A stretch of DNA of 59,781 nt from Octopus bimaculoides. Lineage: Eukaryota. Below the pieces are notes generated by a model. That model searched no databases. It saw only the letters and a list, made by a program, of their open reading frames with translations, and was not told the DNA's origin. The position numbers were made by a program, and so were the translations under genes. Positions 36,737 through 48,789 of the stretch are shown in pieces. The DNA lies in the NCBI RefSeq assembly GCF_001194135.2, contig NC_068989.1:9659537-9719317 (forward strand). The letters run 5' to 3'. How positions within the stretch are numbered: position 1 is the stretch's first letter; each line of letters opens with the position of its first letter.

Positions 36737-37593
36737 ATATGTATTTATTATATATTATGTATGTCTCAGATGTACTGACACGTAAAATTCTTAACTACAT
36801 CAACACTGTGATCCTCAGAAGATAACCAATCACCAGTCCATTAGCTGCATTTTCAATATGCTTTTGACTTGTTTATCGCCACTCACATAGTCACCCCTTA
36901 CACACACACACACACACACATACGTTTGTGTGCATGTTTGCGTGTAGTCATACAAATCGTTATTGACAAATGAATACTGACAAGAAAAATTTCTTCCTAA
37001 CTGAAATTTAAGTAAACTCTTGAGCTCTGTTTGTAACGCTAAATGTTTTGACACTGTCTATATGAGAAACTTTCAAATTTATCAGAAACTTCTGCTGACA
37101 AATAATTAGGCGAAGAAAAAGAAACATGATGACAACAAAAGTAAACTCTAATATATTATGTGTAAGTCATTTATGTTCTTATACTTAGCAGCAGCCGCCA
37201 GTAGTGACATGCTGTTTCTCTGTGATGATGACATAACTAGAATGGCAGTTCCAGGGTCTTGCTTCTCACCTGCTACATCCACCTCTACTCACACCATCTC
37301 TAACCACCTGTTTATTCTCTGGTCATGTTCTTATGAAACTAACCCCTGCCACTTCACCCAATCTACTCTCTATATTCTCTCTGGTCATTAAACTGTGGCC
37401 ATGCTGGAGTATTGCTTTCAAGAATTTTTAGTTGAATAAATTGACTCCCGTATTTTTTTTTTTTTTTTTCCTTTAAATTCAGAAATTGTCATTAGTGTGG
37501 GAAAGAAATTTATTTGGGGGTTGCAAACCCAGGCCTGAAATTTTATTTTTACAAACAAGGTCAATTTTTTCAATCTTAATCAAAACAAACACC

Positions 37594-37635
<42 letters not shown>

Positions 37636-37639
<4 letters not shown>

Positions 37640-37805
37640 GAACACCCAGAGAGCGCAAATCTCTGCCAATTCAACACCAATGTCCTCTCAACGATTAACC
37701 GGAGATGATTTTTAAAATGAGAATATCTGAAATAAAATTGGCTGCTCTCACAAACAAGAATACTAAAAATGAACCCGATCGGTCTCAAATAGAAAAATAA
37801 TCCAA
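37636..37805 (+). mobile_element. Helentron/HINE-like non-autonomous element, partial
   Basis: acaagaacacccagagagcgcaaatctctgccaa is homologous to 42034-42372. Confidence 0.55.
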
Positions 37806-38940
37806 ATATATACATATATAGAGTGAGAGGTGAAGGGAGAGGAGATGAAATACTAATACAGTGAAGGAGAAATAGTGAGAATAATAGCCATGACTGAGAG
37901 GGTGTTAGAGAAAGTAATGACAATGAGAAAGATGAAACGAAGTGATGAAGAGAGCATCATATGAATGAGAAAGGAAGGGGTGAGAGATGAATAACAAAGG
38001 AAGGAGTGAAAAAGTTGATAAACAGCATTTGAAGTGTGAGTACATGTGTGTAAAAGAGAGATACGTTTATGTGCATGTGTGTGTATATGTACGCTGACCC
38101 ACACACATGCGCACAAACAAAAAGGAACGCAGTGTAAATAATGGACAGAGTCAAGACTATTGAAAAGGTTGCAAGACGCAACGAAAATTTTAGGAAAAAA
38201 TAAAAATAAGGAATAAGTAGAAATTTTACCCGTGAGTGTGTTAAATTATAAGGAACAAGAAGAAAATGACTCTCCCCAGACACAACAGAACATGCTTCAG
38301 CACACGAACTCACATAAAGAATCTTGCAAACCAAATCCAAAAACGAAATGAGAAGAAGTTCAAAAGTTTGTTATATTAAACTGCAATCTTTTCAAATTTT
38401 TATGTTTTCTAAACATTGAATAGATTTGTCTCAGCATCGATGCTGGTTGCTAGATTTACAGATATGTTACATAAGACAACACAATATGTGTGTATCTGTG
38501 CATGCATGTGTAGGATAGGATTGTAAATATATAAACATATGTATGAATGATTGTATATGTATAAGCACTCTATGTGCCATTATACTGAAGCTGAACAAGT
38601 GTGATAATTACTAAACAATTAGAAATTGTATTCTAGAGTCAAGAGAATTACAATGATACAGGTTATCAATCCTCTTATGAGAGAGCTGGCTTTATTTTCA
38701 CTCCATTTGCTAACAGTATCCATGTAGTTGGTTGCGTTGAGCTAGAGAAGATACCGATGACTGTAGCTATTCCAAAAGTTGGTAATAGATCATGGAAAGC
38801 TAACGTCTTTGGATATGGAATTCAGACTAATAGAATGGGTTTCAATTAATTTCGACAGAAGTCTGACGTTAATGGTTAAGGAAGGAAGAAGTGTTAGGAT
38901 TGACATTAACTGGAACGAGGAGTTTACCATTGCAAAAGTG

Positions 38941-38975
<35 letters not shown>

Positions 38976-40090
38976 GCGCACACACAGCTTTTCCATTCTT
39001 TCTCATCCTAATCACATGTTGTTACAGATAAGTGTCTGCCAGATTTATCCCCAGCATCATTTATCAGAGATACTGTCATTAAGCCGAAATCACAATCAAT
39101 ACAGTCATGCCACTAAACATGCCAGACTGGATGGGGTGGCAGTGATGCAAGAGTAAGAAGCGGCAAGACAATGGTGGCGGCAGCGATGGTGGTGTGCACT
39201 TATAAGGTACAACAACAACAACAACAAAATTAATGATGATGATGATGATGATGATGATAGGAAAGCATTGATGGGAGTAGTTATTTATCTAGTTTTCCCA
39301 CCTGAAATCAGCAGAGTCCAACAGACTGACTGATTGACACAGGCTGAGAAGAGACAATATAATTCCATCGCCCCTGCTACCCACCCTCACACACTCTCTC
39401 TCTCAACTCATCCGCCCAAATACTGATAATATGGCAATAATACAATCAACTCCTCCCANNNNNNNNNNNNNNNNNNNNNNNNNNNNNNNNNNNNNNNNNN
39501 NNNNNNNNNNNNNNNNNNNNNNNNNNNNNNNNNNNNNNNNNNNNNNNNNNNNNNNNNNNNNNNNNNNNNNNNNNNNNNNNNNNNNNNNNNNNNNNNNNNN
39601 NNNNNNNNNNNNNNNNNNNNNNNNNNNNNNNNNNNNNNNNNNNNNNNNNNNNNNNNNNNNNNNNNNNNNNNNNNNNNNNNNNNNNNNNNNNNNNNNNNNN
39701 NNNNNNNNNNNNNNNNNNNAAAACAGTACAGCACAGAACAGAACAAACAAGCAAAGCAAGCAACAACCAATAAATAAATAAATAAAATATACGAACCGAA
39801 AACAAAACAAAGAATAAAAGATCAGAGAGGAGGCAATTTAAACAGCATTAACACAATGCAAAGGGAGACATTACACCTCGTGAGGTTCTGCTCAGGGGTG
39901 CAATAGAAACAGCAGCTGCACTATTATTCTTTAACTCCAATTTGCTATGATGGATTTAAACTTACAGCTGCTACAACAATTAGTCTTCATCACTGTTTTT
40001 GATGATGATAACAATAATGATAACGATGATGATTGTTTTTCCAAAGATAATTCTATATATTTACTTTATGTTGTTCATCAACACAAATGC

Positions 40091-40141
<51 letters not shown>

Positions 40142-42033
40142 GCACACACACACACACAACTGCTACCACCTCTGTCACCACCATCATCTCACTACGTCTA
40201 TNNNNNNNNNNNNNNNNNNNNNNNNNNNNNNNNNNNNNNNNNNNNNNNNNNNNNNNNNNNNNNNNNNNNNNNNNNNNNNNNNNNNNNNNNNNNNNNNNNN
40301 NNNNNNNNNNNNNNNNNNNNNNNNNNNNNNNNNNNNNNNNNNNNNNNNNNNNNNNNNNNNNNNNNNNNNNNNNNNNNNNNNNNNNNNNNNNNNNNNNNNN
40401 NNNNNNNNNNNNNNNNNNNNNNNNNNNNNNNNNNNNNNNNNNNNNNNNNNNNNNNNNNNNNNNNNNNNNNNNNNNNNNNNNNNNNNNNNNNNNNNNNNNN
40501 NNNNNNNNNNNNNNNNNNNNNNNNNNNNNNNNNNNNNNNNNNNNNNNNNNNNNNNNNNNNNNNNNNNNNNNNNNNNNNNNNNNNNNNNNNNNNNNNNNNN
40601 NNNNNNNNNNNNNNNNNNNNNNNNNNNNNNNNNNNNNNNNNNNNNNNNNNNNNNNNNNNNNNNNNNNNNNNNNNNNNNNNNNNNNNNNNNNNACCACCAC
40701 TCCAACTCCTACAAACTAATGCTACTCCCACAACAACCACCCATCACAACACTCGCCACTGCCACTGCTGTCAACACCACCACCAATACCACTCCAAACA
40801 CACTATAAACTTCTACTGCTACCACTTCTACAAACACCTCCCTCTTCTCACTCATACCATCCAAACACAATAACCTACTGCAAGAATCATCCCTACCACC
40901 AACACCATCTCTACCCCCCCCCCCACACAAGTTATTCTTATCCCTTTACCGATATATATTATTAATCTTATTTATTTAGTCTTCCTACTTAAATTTCTAT
41001 TAATTGTATTATGTCCACTAATTCATTGGCACTCTCCCGGTTCCTTTTAATCCAGTCCAGCAGCATCAAGCCAAACAAGGCAATAGACATTAATAGGAGG
41101 TAATCAAAGACGCAAGTAAATATTTAATAGCAAGCACAACATAATCCCCTCTCTCTCTCTCTCTCTCTTACATATGTTCTTCTATCCAACCACTGACTTT
41201 CGACCATCCAAATAACCTCATCTAGTTGTTCCTATCTGTTAGCCAAGAGAAGCTGGAAAGAGCATGGAAACTACATATATACAAATATGCATGTATGTAT
41301 GTATGTATGAATTGATGGAAGGATGTTTACACATGCACAAAGTAGTATGTGTGTTGTGGGGTATGGATATTGTGTTTACACAGCACACAGCATAAATGAG
41401 AATACCTGAAACACATAATGCAGGTAAATCTAGTTATTTATTTGAAAGCCTTTGGCTGAGGAGATTGCAGACAATGTGAAGACATCCTATTGTTCTCTTA
41501 AGGAAACAAATCGCCATACAAATCTGTTTTGGTGATGACTACCTCTGATCAGACACACACACTCTCTCTCTCTCTCTCACTTTGTACCCCCCCCCACACA
41601 CACACAACACAGGTGTGTGTGTATGTGTGTGTGTGTATGTGTGTGTGTGTGTGTGTGTGTAAAATTCTATCAGATAATACAATCGTTCTTGCAAATATTT
41701 GATACATAAATACTTAAAACAGCCTTGGGCTATTTCAATGAAATGAAACTGGTAGATGGAAACTGTAAGGATGCTCATTGTGTGTGCGTGTGAATATAAA
41801 CATAGACAAAATCTACAATTGGCACTGCCTTTCCTGGAAAATAACCTAAGCGGCCTCTTCATTGTTGGCATCGGCTCATTTAAAGAACAAACAAAACAAA
41901 TCATAACTCGGTTACAGTCATCCCAGTATTTGTCCTCTCTTGTAAAACATAGGTAATCCTTGCTATAAATGGAAATAGAAACACAACATCATAGTTAAAT
42001 TCTATATTAAAAATAATAATGATAATAATAATA

Positions 42034-42371
42034 ACAAGAGCACTCAGAGAGCGCAAACCTCTGCCAAGGCAACACCAACATCCTCTCAAAGATTAACCAT
42101 GGAAGATTTTTAAAATGGGAATATCTAAAATAAACTTGACTGCTCTCACAAATGAACCCAACCGCTCTCAAAAATTAAGTAAAAAAAAAACAGGAAAAAT
42201 AATGCAGAATCCTTGTCCGGTACCAGATCGATCCCAAAATCTAATCAGTTCGAGCCAGTCATGACATCAAGCATGCCTGAAAGTTTCATCCGAATCCATC
42301 TTGTGGTTCTCGAGATATTCTGTCCACGAACAAACAACAAACACAACTGAAAACAATACCTCTGCCTTTGC

Positions 42372-42372
<1 letters not shown>
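42034..42372 (+). mobile_element. Helentron/HINE-like non-autonomous element
   Basis: acaagagcactcagagagcgcaaacctctgccaagg...gatcgatcccaaaatctaatcagttc...gaaagtttcatccgaatcc...(caaa)n...gaaaacaatacctctgcc. The architecture resembles rolling-circle HINE repeats I remember from fish and invertebrates. Confidence 0.55.
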
Positions 42373-42412
<40 letters not shown>

Positions 42413-42649
42413 GAGGTTATGCACACATATCAACATGGCCCAGTTTGTAATTGCTATAATAATTTCAATCCAGGGCTACAATAGAAGACACTTGCTTAAG
42501 GTCCTACACAATGGTCAATCCAATAGATAAAAAAAAAATAAAGCACAAATACATTGATGGTTTATACTTCAGGCTTTGGTGCCTTTATTAGAAGTCAAGA
42601 AAGACTTGAATGATACTGGGGTCATATATTTAAATGAAATCCCACAAAC

Positions 42650-42785
42650 AGGCATGATCATGTGGTTAAGAAGCTAGATTTGCAGGTGTGTGGTTTCAGG
42701 TTCAATTCCACTCTGTGGCACCTTGGGCCAACAAATTCCTTGTTGTGAGTGAATTTGGTTGACAGAAACTGTGTAGAAGCACATG
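42650..42785 (+). mobile_element. Family A SINE head/body, internally deleted
   Basis: caggttcaattccactctgtggcaccttgggc...gtgagtgaatttggttgacagaaactg. Confidence 0.8.
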
Positions 42786-42786
42786 T

Positions 42787-42818
<32 letters not shown>

Positions 42819-42841
42819 GACACACAAACATACACACAGTG

Positions 42842-42945
42842 GACTTCCATACAGTTTCTGTCTACCAAATTCACTAACAAGGCATTGGTCAGCCCACGTT
42901 TATAGTAGAAGACATTTGCCCAAGGGGCTGCACAATGGGGTCAGA
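42842..42945 (-). mobile_element. Family A SINE body, inverted relative to 42650-42785
   Basis: cagtttctgtctaccaaattcactaacaaggc...tagtagaagacatttgcccaagg. Confidence 0.8.
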
Positions 42946-43994
42946 AATACAAAAACCAAGAAAGAAAGAATGAATGAAAGAAGAAAAACTCGAACTAAAA
43001 TTCCTCTTTATGGGTTTTGAACTCACGACTACTATTAGGAAAATAAACAGAGAAGTTTTTCGTTTTTAGCTCATGAGTCAAAGACAAAATGTTCAAAAAT
43101 AAACAATGGAAAGGAAAATAAATCAAAAAAAAAATCGACCCATTGATTTATTGATGAGCAGGGAGTTTCGGATGGAGAAAACAGCACAGCTGATTGGTAA
43201 GTAAGTATTCATTAGTTCACAGAGCATTGGTAAATCAAAGTTAACTACATATGACTTGCGAATAACAGTTGACCGAGCACTGCTTATTATAGTCTTTCTG
43301 CGTATTCAACTAGTTAGTTACAGTAGAAAAATGTCAACGGTTCTGGCTTAATCACCTGAATTACCTGGTCTTGTTTTACTGTTTTCTTTTAGCGAAAGTG
43401 GATGGCTTTGAAATGACAACGACTTTTATTATTAATCAGACATCTACTGAAAATACCTTTCAGAAGAGAGCGGATATAATAATGATATCTCATGTCATCT
43501 TAATAACAGTACCATCTTTGTTAGGAAAAGACAAGCAAGTAATTAGGAGTTCATTTACATTCTTCCTACCCCCACCACCACCACTGCCGCCGCTACTAAT
43601 TACACATAAGACCAGTTTTGTTTTTAGTTTCTATCGGGGAAGGGGGGGGTGTAGCTGATTGAACCAACCTCAGTGTATTGTTTGTACTTAATTTTAACGA
43701 TCCACTAATGAACTAAAGACAAATATATGATTGGGAAGATATGAGCTCTGAATGATGAGGCTTAAACTTCTCCGTCTGACACTCAACCAATTCGCTATTT
43801 TCCTGGCGCTACTATGATAAAAATAATTTCTTATCTGGTACAAGGTCTTTAAAGGAGTGGAGGTTAACAAGAAAGGATAAAACAAAAAAAACAAAAAATT
43901 ATTTCAACCAATATAAAATGAAAAAAAACCGTACATCAGAAATAAATGACAGTTATTCTCTTTCCTTTTAATCCTCAATATAGTAAATTAAGCT

Positions 43995-44078
43995 GTCATC
44001 CTAGCAGTGCTGACGAGAATTGAAACCAGAATGTGTGTCATCCTACCAGTGCTGACAGGAATTGAAACCAGAATGTGT
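43995..44078. repeat. 2 x 42-bp tandem duplication
   Basis: gtcatcctagcagtgctgacgagaattgaaaccagaatgtgt / gtcatcctaccagtgctgacaggaattgaaaccagaatgtgt, 3 mismatches. Confidence 0.95.
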
Positions 44079-44126
44079 GTCTGTAAAGGTATGTACCATA
44101 TTTAATGGCACATAATGTACATGGGT

Positions 44127-44507
44127 GGAGGCGCAATGGCCCAGAGGTTAGGGCAGCAAACTCGCGGTCATAGGATCGTGGTTTCGATTCCCAGATCAGG
44201 CGTTGTGAGTGTTTATTGAGCGAAAACACCTAAAGCTCTACGAGGCTCCAGCAGGGATTGGTGGCGAACCCTGCTGTACCCTTTCACCACAACTTTCTCT
44301 CACTCTTACTTCTTGTTTCTGTTGTGCCTGTAATTCAAAGGGTCAGCCTTGTCGCACTGTGTCCCGCTGAATATCCCCGAGAACTACATTAAGGGTACAC
44401 GTGTCTGTGGAGTGCTCAGCCATTTGCACATTAATTTCACGAGCAGGCTGTTCCGTTGATTGGATCAACTGGAACCCTCGACGTCGTAAGCGACGGAGTG
44501 CCAACAA
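44127..44507 (+). mobile_element. Full-length tRNA-derived SINE, distinct family (possibly Deu/Nin-type body)
   Basis: A-box tggcccagaggttag, B-box ggtttcgattccc (44180-44192), body ttaagggtacacgtgtctgtggagtgctcagcc..., tail gacggagtgccaacaa. Confidence 0.85.
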
Positions 44508-45304
44508 TCCAGAACTATATAATCTAACGTGTCCTTTTATAAAACTGTAGGGTGTGATTGTGATTTGAGGAAGAATTAGCTGCTATTTCAAACAGGTTGA
44601 GTAACAGCTCAACAATTCATTGTAATTAGAACCGGCTGATTTTAATTCCTCCAGCAAGAAGTAACCAAAGGGTTGAGAAGGATGTGGTTGTAGGAATTAA
44701 AATGTAATGAAGTTAGGGGAATGAATTTGGGTAGGAACGAAACACGTCTTTCCAGTTCAGAAGAACAAATATCCAATGCCACAGAAACCAAAGATAAGCA
44801 ACAGCTTAGTGATCTGCGAAAGTCTGAGATAGAATCATACCCTAACCCATTAACTGCAAAATTAAATTTCATGGTTATTCCAGTAATGATGTTATGGTGT
44901 TAAATACCTAGCAACAAATAGAATTGATATTTTCTGCAGGTCATGTTGCCTCCATAAACTCGACAGATCTCATCAAAAAATAGTTTCAGACATGTCATTC
45001 CTCAATAAAAGATAGATTGGTGTATAAAAATGCTTTCTGCAGTTAAGGGTAATGAAATTCTGAATAGATATATCTGATTTCTGAAGTAAAAGGATGAAAG
45101 TGACTGGAATGTATTAACCACTGATGTATTATCATGTGATCTGTTACACATCTGATCACTTTCATACCATAATTCAAGTGTAGCAGAGATGTATTTACAA
45201 TACCTATATTATTCATACACTTCAAAATTACACCACTATTTTTCTTGACCACTCATTTAATACCAAACACAAGTTATATATTAAGAAATACCATAGAATC
45301 AAAT

Positions 45305-45490
45305 TACTGTATTTGATGGCATATAAGATACTTTTTTCCCCCAAAAAAATATTTCAAAGAATCCCCTCCAAGTCCTATAAGTGAAGTGGACCCCAACCTC
45401 CCTCCCATAAGCTAATTTTGTCCCTGATGCTCTTCTTTATATGTGCTGCTGAAATTGGTGTCTTATATGTCCAGACTAATGACTATGGTA
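45305..45490. mobile_element. Degenerate pogo/Tigger-type MITE
   Basis: Ends tactgtatttgatggcatataagata and gtcttatatgtccagactaatgactatggta are imperfect inverted repeats. A similar left end occurs near 4015-4040. Confidence 0.4.
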
Positions 45491-46251
45491 TATTCAGATA
45501 CACCATAGTATCATTATAGGTTTCCGCATATCTTTGGTAGAATCATTCAGTTTTATTGATAGCAAATGATTAATGTAAGAGACATGCAGAAGTAATCTGT
45601 AGTGGTATGTAAATCTCCAATCCTTGAACCTATAGTCTACTTGACAGATGTTTAAATAACAGTAAAATTTCACAGCCTGATGTTATCTTGGAAATCACTT
45701 AGAATTCACAAGAGTTGCCAATTAGAAGGAAACTGATGAAATGGAAAACAAAAAACCAAGATTTGTAATTGATCCAAAATATTTCTACTAATAGCTGGGA
45801 GCTGGTTTGGAGCTTTTGTCTATATCTATCAAAAAATTACAAACAAAATGGGTTAACGTGTATTTAATTTATTTACACACATAATAGAAATGGCTGCCAA
45901 ATACTTCGCAGTGAAATGGAAAAAAAAAAAAAAAGATATCTACAGAAATTCCCAACTGATATCATTTATTCTCTAACAGTACAACTACCCTTGTCTATCA
46001 CCAATTCGTTTATCATTGATCCAGTATAACATGGTACACTCAATTGTGAAGCCTATGCTTCTCATGGATTTAATCTGTGATAACACAGGTCAACAATCAG
46101 TCAAAGAATCTACTTGGAATGCAAAGCCACACCCCAGCCACCATCCACAATGCTCAGCTATTCGGAATGCACAAACTATCATTTATACAGATTTATGTAC
46201 TTTACCCATCGTCATGGGACCAGTGAAGTGAAAATGAATGAAAGTGCCTGA

Positions 46252-46400
46252 TCCTAACAAATGATGCAGACAAGTGTACACTAAACAGGAAAACATAGAA
46301 ATGACCAAGAAAATGGTGGAAGCTTTGCATCTGTGGGCTACCAGTTTGGTGTCATTGAACCCATCGTTTGTTCCATTTACAAAGTGCAACGAGAAGATTC
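46252..46400 (+). pseudogene. Frameshifted relic of a pogo/Tigger transposase N-terminal HTH (CENP-B/psq-like)
   Basis: Reads PNK*CRQVYTKQENIEMTKK then, in another frame, ENGGSFASVGYQFGVIEPIVCSIYK. This resembles the KRK.ITLE.K.EII.R.E.G.S.ASI.R.FG..ESTV..I.K pattern. Confidence 0.6.
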
Positions 46401-46744
46401 ATTTATTTTATTTAAACCAAACTTCCATGATAAACAAGGACAGATGTGTTAGGATAATATTAAATAAATATTCCTACACTTTAGATACTAACATAAGGAG
46501 GCTTTTTTTCTTAAAGTGTAGTTTTATAAGAGAGTTCAACTTAGGGAATTATTTGGATTACAAAAGGTTGCAGTAAGACTCGAAACCAAGTCCTCGAATT
46601 ATGAAGTTTAAGTCTTGACATAACCTTGTTCACATGAGAGGTCACATTATCGACCAATCAGCAGCCAGACATCATGTGAAAGATCATTCTAGAAGACCCT
46701 AGAATATTTCACTACAAGGGTTAATTAATGCCTTGATTTTAGGG

Positions 46745-47013
46745 TGTTATGTCTTTTCATCCGGCGTCACTTTGTTAAATGTCTTTTCATCCACATCCTT
46801 TGGTCTGACGTCTTTTTGTCCGATGATTTGTTTGTCCGCTGACAAATCCTATCAATAAAATTCTCAATGATTATTTGATTTTGGTGTTCACTTTGTTTTC
46901 TAAAGAGTTTATTTAAAATTGGACAAAAAGCCATTGGAAAAAAATCATCAGACAAAAAGATGTCGGACCAAAAGACGTGGACAAAGTGACATTGGACAAA
47001 ATGTTGGGTCACA
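46745..47013. mobile_element. Foldback-like MITE with long, internally repetitive inverted arms
   Basis: 46791-46833 is the reverse complement of 46938-46980 with 6 mismatches in 43 bp. The arms are built of about 15-bp ttttgtcc-containing subunits. Confidence 0.75.
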
Positions 47014-47959
47014 GTTTTTAGCACCAACTTTCAGAATGCATGATCACCTGTAGTCCTGCTCCACACACTCTCTTGCCGGCGTGCTAACGTTTCTGCCAGC
47101 TTGTTGCCTTGACATATTCCGCCAACTCTGACATATTCTGTCAGTCCGTAATCCTAACTGGTGTTTTAGCAAATCCTTCCAAAAGAAAAGCAAAATGACT
47201 TAGATGGAATTTGATCTCAAAGTCCAAACAATAGGAATAAATGCCAACAATGTAGCTAATCCAATGCTTAAATAACTCCTCAATTCATCACCTTCATGAT
47301 GATGTTAATAAGCATGATGACGTTAATAAGCATGATGATGATTATCATCATCATAATCATAATCATCATAGGAATAATGAAAATAATGGTATTTATAGTA
47401 AACTGATGATGGACTTGATGGTGGCAGCTAAACTGCCAATAGTAGTGATGGTCATGGTGGTGCTAACGATATTGATAGCAACAGAGATGGTAATTGGAGG
47501 AGTGATAATGTTATTGCTAATCACCATGATGATACAAAAAAAACCCCAAAAAATAACCGAACACTGACAATGAAGACAGTGACAGTGATGGCAGCAGTAG
47601 CGGTGGGGGGGGGGGTGATGACAATGACAACAATGGCGACGGTGGTGGTGGTGGTGGTGGTTATAGTGCTGAAGACAATGACAAAAAAACCAGCTTACTC
47701 CTTTACAGAATGTCATCTGAAAATGCTTGATAGAAACAGAGAAGGAGGAAGCATCCCCCCCACACACACACATACACACAGAGAAACAAAACCGATGATA
47801 GGAAGAACAAGATGAATTTTGCAAGAAATCTTGATGTATTTGTATTTGCTATGTTATCACACAAATAAAGTGATCGCCAACAACAAGAACAAGAACTCAT
47901 TACCATACTCGTTTCACAACAGACCAAAATAATTGGCAAACATAAAAATAATATCAAAA

Positions 47960-47994
<35 letters not shown>

Positions 47995-48069
47995 CTTTTC
48001 TTTATTAACCACTAAGGAATGGCAAAAAAAACAACATATTGGGAGTGGCACAGAACAATGCAATTAATT

Positions 48070-48389
48070 GTTTCTAATTTAGACACAAGGCCAGCAATTT
48101 GAGGGGAGGATGTTAGTTAATGCCATCGATTCCAGTACTAGTTTATAATAATAATAACAATTACAATAATAATAATAATAAGTATGGATATGGCGTTATG
48201 GGTGCCTGGTACCAACATACACTGGAAAAGGTAATGGATGAAAAGGGGAGGGCAAAAATTCCCTTGGACTTCGACTTCCAGACAGACAAGGTATTAGAGC
48301 AGAATTTGAACTCAGAACGTTAAAGATGGACAGGATGCCACAAAGCATTTTGCCTGCTGTGCTAACGATTCTGCCAGCTCGCCGTCTTC
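48070..48389 (-). mobile_element. Family B SINE split into 48070-48145 and 48298-48389
   Basis: 3' part tttctaatttagacacaaggccagcaatttg; 5' part gcagaatttgaactcagaacg...ctgccagctcgccg. Confidence 0.75.
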
Positions 48390-48430
48390 AACCACCTTTA
48401 ATTATCTCAAATACTGATATTCTTGCTGTT

Positions 48431-48581
48431 CCTTTATTTGTTTCAGTCACTTGACTGTGGCCATGCTGGAGCACCACCTTTTTAGTCAAGCAAATCGACC
48501 CCCAGGATTCTTTTGTTTGTAAGCCTAGTACTTTTTCTATCAGCTTCATTTGCTGAACTGCTAATTTACNNNNNNNNNNTA

Positions 48582-48631
<50 letters not shown>

Positions 48632-48789
48632 ACAGGCTTCTTTCAGTTTCCATCTACCAAATCCACTCACAAGGCTTTTGTTGGCCCAAGGCTATAGTAG
48701 AAGACACTTGCCCAAGGTGCCACACAGTGGGACTGAACCCGGAACCATGTGGTTGGTAAGCAAGCTACATGCCACACAGCCACTCCTGC
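48431..48789 (-). mobile_element. Full-length family A SINE with internal (TA)n and a gap
   Basis: Reverse complement of the 35275-35662 and 36051 architecture. Confidence 0.9.

Noticed and set aside
41450-41465. ttgaaagcc, i.e. AFK on the minus strand, as the possible end of the preceding msn exon
   Set aside because: No upstream YHKFM/YAWAPKP and no donor site.
43995-44078. 42-bp direct repeats as a CRISPR array
   Set aside because: Adjacent tandem units with no spacers, animal context, no cas genes.
44127-44200. tRNA-like heads here and in families A and B as true tRNA genes
   Set aside because: They continue into SINE bodies and tails, and I see no complete cloverleaf or acceptor stem.
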